A DNA stretch of 56,875 nucleotides, from NCBI GenBank assembly GCA_023245995.1, contig JAHFJH010000004.1, positions 1-56,875 on the forward strand, written 5' to 3'. A model generated the notes under the pieces. The model worked only from the letters and a program-made list of their open reading frames with translations, did no database searches and was not told where the DNA came from. The translations under genes and the position numbers were made by a program. Shown in pieces: positions 17,783 through 27,234 of the stretch. Source of the DNA: Candidatus Doudnabacteria bacterium (lineage in GTDB: Bacteria > Patescibacteriota > Doudnabacteria > UBA920). The number at the start of each line of letters is the position of its first letter. Position 1 is the stretch's first letter.

Positions 17783-18768
17783 AATGGATTAAAATAACTA
17801 CGACCATACTCCTAAGCCTTGTGGTTATTTTGACCATTTTTTATGTGAGCTTTACACCAACAAAAAATCCCAGTTTTGGCATTACCTACTCACCTACCTA
17901 CGCAGCATACCTTGGACTGGATCCTATAAAAGGTTACGAGGAAATTTTATCTACGCTGCACCCGAAACATGTACGCTTAACAGCATATTTTGAAACCGTT
18001 GAACCCGCCGAAGGAAAATTTGATTTTTCACAAATAGATGCACTCTTAACGCTATCCGAAAAATATAATACCGACGTACTATTGGTACTTGGTCATAAAC
18101 AACCGCGCTGGCCGGAATGCCACCATCCCGACTGGTACCCTGCCCTACCCGCAACAGAGCAACGTCAGGCAATACTAGATTTAATAACCGCACAAGTAAA
18201 CCACTTTAAAAGCTTCCCTGTAATTTCTCGCTGGCAGGTGGAGAACGAAGCGTTATTTGATTTTGGTTTAAACTGCAAACCGCTTACAAAAAAAGAATTG
18301 GCAGAAGAAATAAAATTAGTTAAGCAATTGGACACTAGACCAGTAGTACTAACGGACAGTGGTGAAAAAGGCGGTTGGTTTACCGCGGCAAAACTATCCG
18401 ATGTATTCGGACCAACTATGTACCGCACAGTTTACAACCCAAAATACGGTGGCTACATGTCCTACCGCTTACCACCCGCATTTTACAGAGTGCGCGCAGG
18501 CATGTTAGTACTATTTACCAAAACTAATAAATTTATCGGAGCAGAGCTACAAGGTGAACCATGGTTTGCCCACGACATCCACGAAACACCAGTCGCTGAC
18601 CAATTAGCACTTATGAGCGCAAAACAATTGCAAGAAAATGCCGAGTACGCACGCAAAGTTGGTTTTGCAGAAAACTACTTCTTTGGAGCCGAGTGGTGGC
18701 TTTGGTTAAAACACTCAAAAAACGACAACAGTCTTGTAGAAGCAGCTTACAAAATACTAAATCCATAA
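17779..18768 (+). CDS. membrane-anchored clan GH-A-like glycoside hydrolase (TIM barrel)
   Basis: N-terminal TM helix; ...VEPAEGKFDF...LLVLGHKQPRWP...WQVENEALFD (NE acid/base-like). 4-nt overlap with the upstream gene. Confidence 0.5.
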   Translation: MKWIKITTTILLSLVVILTIFYVSFTPTKNPSFGITYSPTYAAYLGLDPIKGYEEILSTLHPKHVRLTAYFETVEPAEGKFDFSQIDALLTLSEKYNTDVLLVLGHKQPRWPECHHPDWYPALPATEQRQAILDLITAQVNHFKSFPVISRWQVENEALFDFGLNCKPLTKKELAEEIKLVKQLDTRPVVLTDSGEKGGWFTAAKLSDVFGPTMYRTVYNPKYGGYMSYRLPPAFYRVRAGMLVLFTKTNKFIGAELQGEPWFAHDIHETPVADQLALMSAKQLQENAEYARKVGFAENYFFGAEWWLWLKHSKNDNSLVEAAYKILNP

Positions 18769-18771
18769 TAT

Positions 18772-19611
18772 ATGAATATTATTTTTGATATTGGAGGCAG
18801 TCACATGCGATTCGCCTCCTCAAATAACGGCGAAACGCTTGGCGACCCGATCGTACTAAACACACCTCAAGAATACCCAACTGCCATAACGCAAATAAAA
18901 GACGTTGCGAAAAGTTTAATGCAAAGTAAAAGTGTAAATGGTGTCTACGGTGGAATTGCAGGAGTCTTGAACGAAAAAAAATCTGGGCTACTGCGCGCGC
19001 CACACCTACCTAATTGGGAAGGTGCGGAACTACAAAAAGATTTTTCGGAAATATTTGGAACACAAGTAGGTTTAGAAAATGACTGCGCAGTTGCAGGTCT
19101 AGGTGAAGCTGTTGGCGGAGCTGGGAAAAATTACTCAATAGTCGCCTATCTTGCTTTAGGCACAGGAGTCGGTGGGACAAGAATTCAAAATAATAAAATA
19201 GACCAAGGTCGTGCAAACTTTGAAGTCGGACACCAAATAATTAACATCACAGGTCCAAAATGCCCAGGTTGCGGTGGTCTTGGACATTTAGAGAGTTATG
19301 TCTCTGGAAGCGCGCTGCAAAAACAACACGGCCGAAAGTTAAATGAAAACGGAGACGAGCAAGCATGGGACGAAATTGCAGAATTTCTTAGCATAGGTAT
19401 ACACAACTTGAACATGCATTGGTCACCAGATGTGGTTGTCATAGGAGGTGCTATTGGTAGCCACGAGGGCTTAAAAATAGAAACTGTAAAAAAATACTTA
19501 AAACAACTTCCAAGCCCTTTTCCAAAACTCCCAGAAGTCAAAAAATCTACACTAGGAGAACTTGCTGGTCTATATGGTGCACTCGAGCTACTTCGCAACA
19601 TGAATAACTAG
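18772..19611 (+). CDS. ROK-family sugar kinase (glucokinase-like)
   Basis: DIGGSHMRF (phosphate 1), ENDCAVAGLGE, GTGVGG, and Zn motif GH...CPGCGGLGHLE. Confidence 0.8.
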   Translation: MNIIFDIGGSHMRFASSNNGETLGDPIVLNTPQEYPTAITQIKDVAKSLMQSKSVNGVYGGIAGVLNEKKSGLLRAPHLPNWEGAELQKDFSEIFGTQVGLENDCAVAGLGEAVGGAGKNYSIVAYLALGTGVGGTRIQNNKIDQGRANFEVGHQIINITGPKCPGCGGLGHLESYVSGSALQKQHGRKLNENGDEQAWDEIAEFLSIGIHNLNMHWSPDVVVIGGAIGSHEGLKIETVKKYLKQLPSPFPKLPEVKKSTLGELAGLYGALELLRNMNN

Positions 19612-19667
19612 TTAAAACTAAAAGTGTTATACTTACATAAGAAATAAAAAAAATAACAACATTATTT

Positions 19668-20120
19668 ATGAATGTAGAACATCACACTCAACCGCATATG
19701 CTAGAGCGTTACAGCTTCTTATGGTCTGAAGCACGATTGCTCATTGCAGCAGTTGCATTATTTATTGGAGGCATTCCTCCGCTTCTCGCATGGAACCCAA
19801 TAAGCTCCTTGTATAATTTATTCAGCGGACTACTAACAATTGCTTGGATATTGTCCGGAATTGCTTCTGCATATCTGCTATACCGCTGGACGCACAATGC
19901 ACATGTATTGTTTGGCAAAAAAGACCAAAAAGACACTGTGAGTTTTTTTATAAGCATTGTCTCTGGGCTAAATCTCGGCTTGGCCGGCATAACTGGCAAC
20001 AACATTGGCATGGCCATTGCGCACTCTCGTATTATTTTTAGTTTAGTTGGCTTGTTGTATGTTGCAACTGCAGTCTACCTCTACAAACGCTGGTCTAATT
20101 TTGGCAATAAAATATTTTAA
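19668..20120 (+). CDS. hypothetical membrane protein (4 TM)
   Basis: 150 codons with four hydrophobic helices. No family recognised. Confidence 0.45.
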   Translation: MNVEHHTQPHMLERYSFLWSEARLLIAAVALFIGGIPPLLAWNPISSLYNLFSGLLTIAWILSGIASAYLLYRWTHNAHVLFGKKDQKDTVSFFISIVSGLNLGLAGITGNNIGMAIAHSRIIFSLVGLLYVATAVYLYKRWSNFGNKIF

Positions 20121-20131
20121 ATTTCGGTTAA

Positions 20132-20734
20132 ATGCATTCAGTAACAAGCCTACTACTTCCTTATGTCCTCGCGTATAAATATATTGCGATTTTTATCATT
20201 ACATACTGGGGTGCGTTGCTACTGCCATTACCTTCCGGAACTATTATAGCGGCAGCGACCGCATTCGCAACTCAAGGCTACTTAAATCCGTGGACGGTGT
20301 TGTTTGTCGGAATAGTTGGCAATGTTGCAGGTGACAATACTGGCTACTGGCTGGCAAGAAAATACGGCACAAATGTGCTTGAGCGGATTGGTTTTCGCAG
20401 GCTCCTACATTCAGAAAAGTTTACTGTGGTGGAAAGACAAATAGGCCAACACCCACTACTGACTGTTTTTTGGAGCCGCTACTTAACTGCCATAGCGCCA
20501 ACCGTAAATATAATTGCAGGGCTTGGCAAAGTAAACTATCATGTTTATTTATTTTTCGAGTTTACTGGAGAGGTTGCAGAGGTTGGCACGAATTGGGCAA
20601 TAGGCTTTTTCTTTGGCGCAAACTGGGAGTACTTTAGCGCTTACATAAACAATATATGGATGGTCATGGCGTTTGGGCTTATTTTTAGCTACATAGTCTG
20701 GAAAACTCTAGCCCGTATACACCACAACAAATAA
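20132..20734 (+). CDS. DedA (SNARE-associated) family membrane protein
   Basis: GNVAGDNTGYWLARKYG motif and overall DedA topology. Confidence 0.75.
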   Translation: MHSVTSLLLPYVLAYKYIAIFIITYWGALLLPLPSGTIIAAATAFATQGYLNPWTVLFVGIVGNVAGDNTGYWLARKYGTNVLERIGFRRLLHSEKFTVVERQIGQHPLLTVFWSRYLTAIAPTVNIIAGLGKVNYHVYLFFEFTGEVAEVGTNWAIGFFFGANWEYFSAYINNIWMVMAFGLIFSYIVWKTLARIHHNK

Positions 20735-20738
20735 ATAT

Positions 20739-20948
20739 ATGAACGAAGAAGAAGAAAAATATATAGACAGTAAATTTGCAGAAGTAGCGAACAAGGAAGC
20801 GACGGAGCGAAAACAGGCACAAGCGTTTTTTCAAAAACGCAAAGCACAAACAAAAATCATTATTTTAGTTTGTACACTAATTATGCTCGGACTGCTAGGC
20901 TTTATGCTATCTATATTATGGAAATATCAAATAGCCCCAAGACTTTAA
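20739..20948 (+). CDS. hypothetical small tail-anchored membrane protein
   Basis: 69 codons starting 4 nt after the DedA stop. Charged N-terminus plus one C-terminal TM helix. Confidence 0.35.
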   Translation: MNEEEEKYIDSKFAEVANKEATERKQAQAFFQKRKAQTKIIILVCTLIMLGLLGFMLSILWKYQIAPRL

Positions 20949-20956
20949 GCGTAAAT

Positions 20957-21658
20957 TTAGTCTAAGTAATAATACTCAAAAGAGAGAACGTGGCGAGCAA
21001 GGGCAGGACTAAAAAGATTATACGGGTTTAACCCAGCCACTTGCGACGCATGGCATTCCATGGCTCGTAGCTTGAGTTCCCCATCCACAGAAATTTTAAT
21101 ATTTGGTTCTATGCAAGTTTGGCTTTCTGAGTACGCGCCAAACTTTCTTTTTTTCAAAAATACCTTTTGGCACTCTTGCCTATACGGTTCTGGTGGCAAA
21201 CAAAACATGACAAAGCGCACGCCCTGCTCAAGAGCCACAGACTTACATACCACATACGTTGCCACATGGTCTTTATGTCCAGTGTAACCATCTGGACCAA
21301 AACTTATTATAAAATTCGGTTGTAACTGCTTAACTACATTTGTAAGCCTAACTTTAAACTCAACTATAGACTCTGCTAACTGCCCATCTGAATAATTCAA
21401 AACCGAAATACTACTCAAACCAAGCAAGCCACCAACAGACAACAACTCCTGTCTACGCATTTCTTTTAGTTCAGTTTCCGTACACTGAGTACTTACATAA
21501 GCCCGACCCTTTTCTCCAAGCGTTGCGCATACTAGGTGCACTTCTCCCCCGCTGTCTACAATTTGGCGAATAGTACCAGCCGCAAGTGGTGACTCGTCAT
21601 CTGGGTGCGCAGTAACTACTAATACTTTTTTTCCTAAAAATAGATTTTCTGTTTTCAT
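20957..21658 (-). CDS. PIG-L/LmbE-family deacetylase
   Basis: VVTAHPDDE and GHKDH zinc-binding motifs. Confidence 0.8.
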   Translation of the reverse strand: MKTENLFLGKKVLVVTAHPDDESPLAAGTIRQIVDSGGEVHLVCATLGEKGRAYVSTQCTETELKEMRRQELLSVGGLLGLSSISVLNYSDGQLAESIVEFKVRLTNVVKQLQPNFIISFGPDGYTGHKDHVATYVVCKSVALEQGVRFVMFCLPPEPYRQECQKVFLKKRKFGAYSESQTCIEPNIKISVDGELKLRAMECHASQVAGLNPYNLFSPALARHVLSFEYYYLD

Positions 21659-21841
21659 ATATATATCTAAATAAAAAAACCGCCTCAGCGGGAATATTGT
21701 GCACTAAAAATAGCTACACAAAACTACCGCAAATCTGCAGTAGTACAACAAAGTACATATTCTACTATTACTATATAATTCATTTTCATACGCAAAAAAA
21801 TTATAGCACCTTTTAACCTAAGCAACAAACAAAAAGTGAGT

Positions 21842-21873
21842 AGTCAAAGACGTGCCAGCGTTCGTCTTTGACT
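21842..21873 (-). terminator. terminator after the interrupted hydrolase gene
   Basis: AGTCAAAGACG/CGTCTTTGACT 11-bp stem with a 10-nt loop and a T-rich tail on the minus strand. Confidence 0.6.
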
Positions 21874-21892
21874 CTCAAAAAGTTTTACTTTG

Positions 21893-22477
21893 CTAAAGCC
21901 CGAATGCACTCAAAATTAAACCTTGAGCATGTGCTGGCAACTCTCGAGTGCTGTTGCGTGGGTCTGTAAGCCCAAAATGACCGCCCGATTCTGTGAAGAC
22001 TAACTTAGCTCGAAGTATTTTCGCTAGAACCAGCGCATACTTTGCGGGCACATACGGGTCATGCAGACCGTTTATCATTACGGCCTTAGTAACAGGCAGA
22101 CCTGACATGCCTCGCATCATAAACCGAAAAGACTGAATGCGCTGTCTGTCTTCTGCAGCCAAACGAAACTTACCAGCGGTGCATACAAGTGCCAGCGCGC
22201 CAAGTCTGCCTTCTTTCACATGGTGACGCAAAAAATGCAAACACGAAGCACCACCTATACTATGACCAATAAGACCCACCTCCTCCCATGGAGGCATAAT
22301 CTGCTGTTGCATTTCAGCTAACCACTCTTACAATTTTGGTGCCCTAGGGTTAGGCATTGGCAAAAAACGAGCATCTATTCCGGCCTTAGCTAAATCCGCC
22401 AAAAGCTTTCTTTGCCAAGGCATTGGACTAGAAAGCTGATAGCAACCAACTAAAAAAGCTCGCTTTATAGCAATCAT
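21893..22477 (-). pseudogene. alpha/beta serine hydrolase (YdeN/RBBP9-like) interrupted by one in-frame TAA
   Basis: ATG at 22477 is preceded by AAGGAGG. 49 sense codons (MIAIKRAFLVG...PMPNPRAPKL), then TAA at 22328-22330, then the same frame continues EWLAEMQQQ...GLIGHSIGG (GxSxG elbow) to 21893. Frame checked codon by codon. Confidence 0.6.
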
Positions 22478-22650
22478 AACCAACCTCCTTTGGCTTGTGC
22501 CGTTGTTGCTTCCCTATTGAAGTAAGTATATTTTATGCTTTATAAAAGATCGTGGCAAACAAGCGCATTTCTCTTAATATTTGACTCATAATGTATGCGC
22601 CCTCTACTATTATATTAACCTTGCTTTCTCCTTAATAAACACTAAAATCT

Positions 22651-23376
22651 ATGAAAGGCATAATTCTTTCCGGTGGGCATGGTACCAGACTGCGACCACT
22701 CACGAACGTAACAAGCAAGCAGCTCCTACCTGTCTACAACAAACCCATGATCTTTTACCCGCTGGAAACACTCCTTAAAGCTGGAATAAAAGAAATTATG
22801 ATTATAGTAGCGCCAGACCACTGTGGCGACTACATGCGAGTACTCGGAAGTGGGCGAGATTTTGGTGCTGGCGTCCGCTTCACTTACGAAATTCAGGACG
22901 AACCAAAAGGCATAGCTCAAAGTTTTTTAATTGCTGAAAACTTTCTAGACGACGGTGACAATGCAACGCTCATTTTGGGTGATAATATATTTGAACACGA
23001 CTTCACAAACGACATACAAAACTTTAAAAGCGGCGGCTTGGTTTTCGCCCGCGAAGTAGAAGACCCTGAAAGATTCGGCGTACTGGAATTTGATCAAAAC
23101 GGAAAGGTAATAAGCGTAGAAGAAAAACCAAAAGTACCAAAGTCCAACTTTGCGCAAGTGGGTATATACGTATTTGACGGAAGAGTACTTGAAGCAGCCA
23201 AATCCGTAACGCCCTCTGCACGAGGTGAGTTAGAAATTACGGACGTAGCTGACTGGTACTTAAAAAAAGGAGAGCTAGTAGCGAAGCCCATACAAGGCTT
23301 CTGGGCAGATGCTGGCACACTTGAAACCCTACACCGAGCAAGTGTTTGGGCGAGAGAACGCGCCAATCTTTCATAA
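22651..23376 (+). CDS. sugar-1-phosphate nucleotidylyltransferase (short RmlA/glucose-1-P thymidylyltransferase-like)
   Basis: MKGIILSGGHGTRLRPLT..SKQLLPV..KPMI.YPL N-terminal signature. 241 aa. Confidence 0.85.
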   Translation: MKGIILSGGHGTRLRPLTNVTSKQLLPVYNKPMIFYPLETLLKAGIKEIMIIVAPDHCGDYMRVLGSGRDFGAGVRFTYEIQDEPKGIAQSFLIAENFLDDGDNATLILGDNIFEHDFTNDIQNFKSGGLVFAREVEDPERFGVLEFDQNGKVISVEEKPKVPKSNFAQVGIYVFDGRVLEAAKSVTPSARGELEITDVADWYLKKGELVAKPIQGFWADAGTLETLHRASVWARERANLS

Positions 23377-23382
23377 AAAACT

Positions 23383-24192
23383 TTGAGCAGCCGAACAAGT
23401 ACATGTAACTTTTGTAACGTAAAATATACGAAACTAGAAAAACTAAAAATACATTGGCAACAACTTGCGCTACAAGACCCCTTGTGGGCTGTTTTAAGTT
23501 GGAACAATAAGAAAAATAACCAATGGGACGAACAAGAATTTTTTAAAACTGGCGAACAAGAAATACAGCTCGTTATGGACTATGTAAAGAAACTAAATAT
23601 ACAGTTAGAAACTGCTAGAGCGCTAGATTTCGGTTGCGGTGTCGGTAGACTTACACAAGCTCTCTCGCCTTACTTCACGGCTGTTGTTGGCGCAGACATA
23701 TCCGAAGAAATGGTAGCAAAGGCAGGACTCTTAAACAAAAAACAAAATTGTAGTTATATAGTAAACACCGTACCAAACCTAAAAGTATTTACAAACAATA
23801 CATTCTCTTTTATATATTCCCGGCTAACCTTTCAACACATGGAACCGCGCTATACAAAACAATACATTCAAGAATTTATTAGAACCTTAAAGCCCGCGGG
23901 TATTGCAATTTTTGTACAACCTTATAAAAAGACTTTACTACCCTTTAACAGCCATAAACTTTCAGCTAAAGATACATTAAAACTTATAATTCCAACTTCG
24001 CTGCAGAACCTATTGCGCAACATAAAAGGCGCGCTATTTGGCAAACCAGTCATGGAGCTTCATAGCATGAGCAGACAAGAGGTATTGGCTATTTTAGACG
24101 AACAAAATGTAAAAATAGTCAGCGTGGACGAATTTGGGGACCTTGGAGGTAGTTGGATATGTTACAGGTATTGCATTCAAAAACTCAAATAA
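23383..24192 (+). CDS. class I SAM-dependent methyltransferase
   Basis: Motif I LDFGCGVGRL. TTG start in the ORF track; the exact start is uncertain. Confidence 0.7.
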   Translation: MSSRTSTCNFCNVKYTKLEKLKIHWQQLALQDPLWAVLSWNNKKNNQWDEQEFFKTGEQEIQLVMDYVKKLNIQLETARALDFGCGVGRLTQALSPYFTAVVGADISEEMVAKAGLLNKKQNCSYIVNTVPNLKVFTNNTFSFIYSRLTFQHMEPRYTKQYIQEFIRTLKPAGIAIFVQPYKKTLLPFNSHKLSAKDTLKLIIPTSLQNLLRNIKGALFGKPVMELHSMSRQEVLAILDEQNVKIVSVDEFGDLGGSWICYRYCIQKLK

Positions 24193-24244
24193 AAAAACAA
24201 ACACATTGCTGTGCTTGTAAGTAATTGCTTTAACATAATTATTT

Positions 24245-25006
24245 TTACGTAAACCGAGTCACAACAAAAATAAACAGCGCACCCAAAATTGTTAAGCCGA
24301 TCATTTTATAGGAGCTATGTTTGCTATGTGCTTCCGGCAAAAGATCACTTGCACCTATGTAGAGCAAAAAACCAGCAAAAAAGCCTAAATATACAACAAG
24401 CCACTGCGTTGGAATATGAAACAAGTAAGCCGCGCCAACACCAAGCAACGGCACTACCGCGTCTAGAACTAAGAAAAAGATTGACTTACGAGTGCTGTTT
24501 TTGTTTAACAGCATTATGCTTACGGTGTTAAGTCCGTCTGAAAAGTCGTGCGCAATAACAGCAAACGCAACCAAAAAACCAATATGTGTGTTAACCTGGA
24601 AAGCAAGACCAATACCCAAACCGTCTAAAAAACTATGGAAGGCCAAACCAAGCGCGCCTATATAGCCAACTGTGGGGTGATGGTGGTCTGCATACTCTTC
24701 TTCATGAGAAGAGTGTATAACGGCCATTTTTTCTAAAATATGAATAACAAAAAAACCAAGTACAAGTGCCACCATGGCAAGGGTTATGTCCGACCCTAAT
24801 TCTGCTACCATACCAAATATTTCCGGTAGAATGTCAAAAAACGCAACCGCTATAAGAACCCCAGCTGTAAAACTAATTATATAGTGCAGTCTGTCTTTGT
24901 ACCTTATGCCAAATAACCCACCCAAAAGAGTAGAAACAAACGTCCCAATTGAAAATAAAATTGCTTCCATAAAGTATATTTTAGAATAAAAATCGAAACT
25001 CTCCAA
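24245..25006 (-). CDS. ZIP-family divalent metal transporter (ZupT-like)
   Basis: HSFLDGLGIG and HDFSDGL motifs, His-rich loop (HEEEYADHHH). The true start may be the internal Met at 24970. Confidence 0.8.
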   Translation of the reverse strand: MESFDFYSKIYFMEAILFSIGTFVSTLLGGLFGIRYKDRLHYIISFTAGVLIAVAFFDILPEIFGMVAELGSDITLAMVALVLGFFVIHILEKMAVIHSSHEEEYADHHHPTVGYIGALGLAFHSFLDGLGIGLAFQVNTHIGFLVAFAVIAHDFSDGLNTVSIMLLNKNSTRKSIFFLVLDAVVPLLGVGAAYLFHIPTQWLVVYLGFFAGFLLYIGASDLLPEAHSKHSSYKMIGLTILGALFIFVVTRFT

Positions 25007-25017
25007 GCTTTATCATT

Positions 25018-25908
25018 TTAAAACGTAGGAACAATCTTTCCTGCTTTATATTCAACGACGGCTTCGCATATAAGCGCTATTATTTTGTCCTCAATATTGG
25101 AACGAAACTGTATAAAATGGGCTCCCCCATCAAGAAACTGCTCTACCGGTATATCTTCAAATCTCGGTCTTTCATCAGTGGAGTTACTGGGCACTTTTAT
25201 CATACTATTAAATAGTAAGTTCATCCTCTTGGTTTGTCCGTCTCTTTTTGCTTGCTCTTCATTTTTATAGAACTGATTAAGGTACGGTTGCGTGAATTGA
25301 TTTAGTTGCTCCTGCTCTTCATTAGAAAGTAAACGCAAAGCGGCGTTATTCTTACCCTTGTTCTTTCGAGAGAAAGAGTAATATTGTATCGCTATTGGTG
25401 GAATATCATGATGCCATTCAAAACCATGATTGTCTGCAACAATAGTAAATAATATTCTGTTGCGCATTTGAGACTCTGCCAGGTTGTCCGCTATCAGCTT
25501 CGCGCATTGACTGGCGGAATTAGCCTGTCCTATTTCATCATCAATGAACAAGGCTTTAGAAAATTTGTTCGGTATTTGCCCTTTGACCAAATATGCAAGA
25601 GAGTTATTGTCGTATTTACCCGACTTGTCATCGCCGTCAATTTTAAATCGCTGCACAGGTAAGATTAATTTTGGCGGTATGGGTATACCTACAGCATTAT
25701 AAAATAACTCGGCAAAATAAATCATAACCGCGCCAGAGTCACCTGAACCAATCAATAAATCATACTGATTCCGTTCTTCTACACATAGCCTATACAGCAA
25801 TGCGATGTACATTTTAAAAATAGGAATTCCCACTTCTTTTGAAAAATAGGTGTCATCAAGCCTTGCCAATCTCTGTTGTTCTTTATCCATTATTGTATCT
25901 CCACTCAT
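25018..25908 (-). CDS. hypothetical protein with phosphoribosyltransferase-like core
   Basis: LLIGSGDSGAVM followed ~70 aa later by ALFIDDEIGQANSAS, resembling the PRTase hhhhDD-x-x-x-G-x-T PRPP loop. Also a ~110-aa unknown C-terminal extension. Confidence 0.35.
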   Translation of the reverse strand: MSGDTIMDKEQQRLARLDDTYFSKEVGIPIFKMYIALLYRLCVEERNQYDLLIGSGDSGAVMIYFAELFYNAVGIPIPPKLILPVQRFKIDGDDKSGKYDNNSLAYLVKGQIPNKFSKALFIDDEIGQANSASQCAKLIADNLAESQMRNRILFTIVADNHGFEWHHDIPPIAIQYYSFSRKNKGKNNAALRLLSNEEQEQLNQFTQPYLNQFYKNEEQAKRDGQTKRMNLLFNSMIKVPSNSTDERPRFEDIPVEQFLDGGAHFIQFRSNIEDKIIALICEAVVEYKAGKIVPTF

Positions 25909-25929
25909 AAATTAATGAAGTCTTGTTCG

Positions 25930-27162
25930 CTACAAAAACGCATACAACATCCAAAAAACTAGCGCTAGGTCGCCCTTAAAATAAGGTATATCTATGAGGC
26001 CGTGCGTAATAAGCGCAATACACGCTAAAGCCAATCCAAGTTGGTAAATGTTTGTTCTATTCTTTATACCTCTCCATATGGCTAGAAACAGTAATCCAAA
26101 AAAGGACAACAAGCCGAGCAGGCCTGTATCTGCCCAAAAATTTAGCGCAATGTTGTGTGGCGCCGGATAGTGTTCAAGTTGCTGATCGGTGTTGTACCTA
26201 TACCAGTTATTGCTAAACCCTAACAGCCCCTTGCCCATTAGCGGAGCGTCTTCTACCATTTTCCAACCGGTCTGCCATAACGAAAACCTAGCAACGCTAG
26301 ACTTTTCACCTCTAAATGGCAACAGTAATCTATAACGAAAATTTGGCACCGCAATAATAACAAGCACGGCAACGGCCCCTGCTACTAAAGCCAGCCTCAC
26401 TAATTTCCGATTTCCAGCAAGAATTAAATATGCAATAGTTGCAAATAACAAGCCAAGCCAGCCACCACGCGAAAGAGACAAGAACAGACCAACAACACCA
26501 ACAAGCCAAGCAAAAGTAGTGAGTAGTTCAAGTTTCAATCCTTTTCTAGCCACTGACCACTGACCACTGACCACTGGAATTAAAAAGGCCAAAAGCGGAG
26601 TTACGAACAAAGCATAGAAATTTGGATGCAAAAAAAAGGATACCGCTCGTTTAGGTTCCTCTGAGTTTCCCCACCAAGCCTGCGGTACACCAATTAGGGT
26701 GAAGTACTGGATAATGGCATATATACCCGCGACTGATACAAACAACAAAGCTGTTTGTATAAGTAAATTTCCTATTTCTCCACCGTTGCTAAAACTATGG
26801 CGGACAGGCAATTTCCAATTTCCAATGGTATGCAAATACCGCAGAATAATAAATGTGCCAATTGGTTGTAAAAAAAGAACTATAAATTGACCAAGCTTCT
26901 CTTGGCTAATACCGCCAACGAAGAGAGAACTTATTCCTGCAATTAAAAAAACAGTGCTTAGCACTAAGTACTTAGTGCTTAGTTCAGATAATAACCAGAC
27001 TTTAAAACTGTTAATTCTTCTACTATAAATAAGCCATGCGGCAAAAATTGTCCATAACACAAATATCCAAACCAGTAGCAAGTTTGCAGGCAAACCAAAA
27101 AGACTAAATCTAATCGCATAGGTTGGAGCAAGTAACAAGGTAAGGGCAAATAAATATTGCAT
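25930..27162 (-). CDS. O-antigen ligase / Wzy_C-like polytopic membrane protein
   Basis: More than 10 TM helices and the loop motif LSLSRGGWLGLL typical of O-antigen ligase-like proteins. Confidence 0.7.
   Translation of the reverse strand: MQYLFALTLLLAPTYAIRFSLFGLPANLLLVWIFVLWTIFAAWLIYSRRINSFKVWLLSELSTKYLVLSTVFLIAGISSLFVGGISQEKLGQFIVLFLQPIGTFIILRYLHTIGNWKLPVRHSFSNGGEIGNLLIQTALLFVSVAGIYAIIQYFTLIGVPQAWWGNSEEPKRAVSFFLHPNFYALFVTPLLAFLIPVVSGQWSVARKGLKLELLTTFAWLVGVVGLFLSLSRGGWLGLLFATIAYLILAGNRKLVRLALVAGAVAVLVIIAVPNFRYRLLLPFRGEKSSVARFSLWQTGWKMVEDAPLMGKGLLGFSNNWYRYNTDQQLEHYPAPHNIALNFWADTGLLGLLSFFGLLFLAIWRGIKNRTNIYQLGLALACIALITHGLIDIPYFKGDLALVFWMLYAFL
26550..26577 (-). repeat. heptanucleotide tandem repeat (about 3.7 copies) inside the ligase-like gene
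   Basis: Plus strand CCACTGA CCACTGA CCACTGA CCACTGG; encodes VVSGQWSV on the minus strand. The unit length is not a multiple of 3. Confidence 0.9.
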
Positions 27163-27234
27163 AATTACACTTTACCACAAATGAGCTGCTTTTTCGACAT
27201 TGCACGTATGCTCATATTTTTATAAAGTACATAT

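Noticed and set aside
22328-22330. In-frame TAA as evidence for an alternative genetic code
   Set aside because: Only this one gene shows it. All other genes in the window are full length under the standard code and many terminate with TAA. TGA and TAG also behave as stops.
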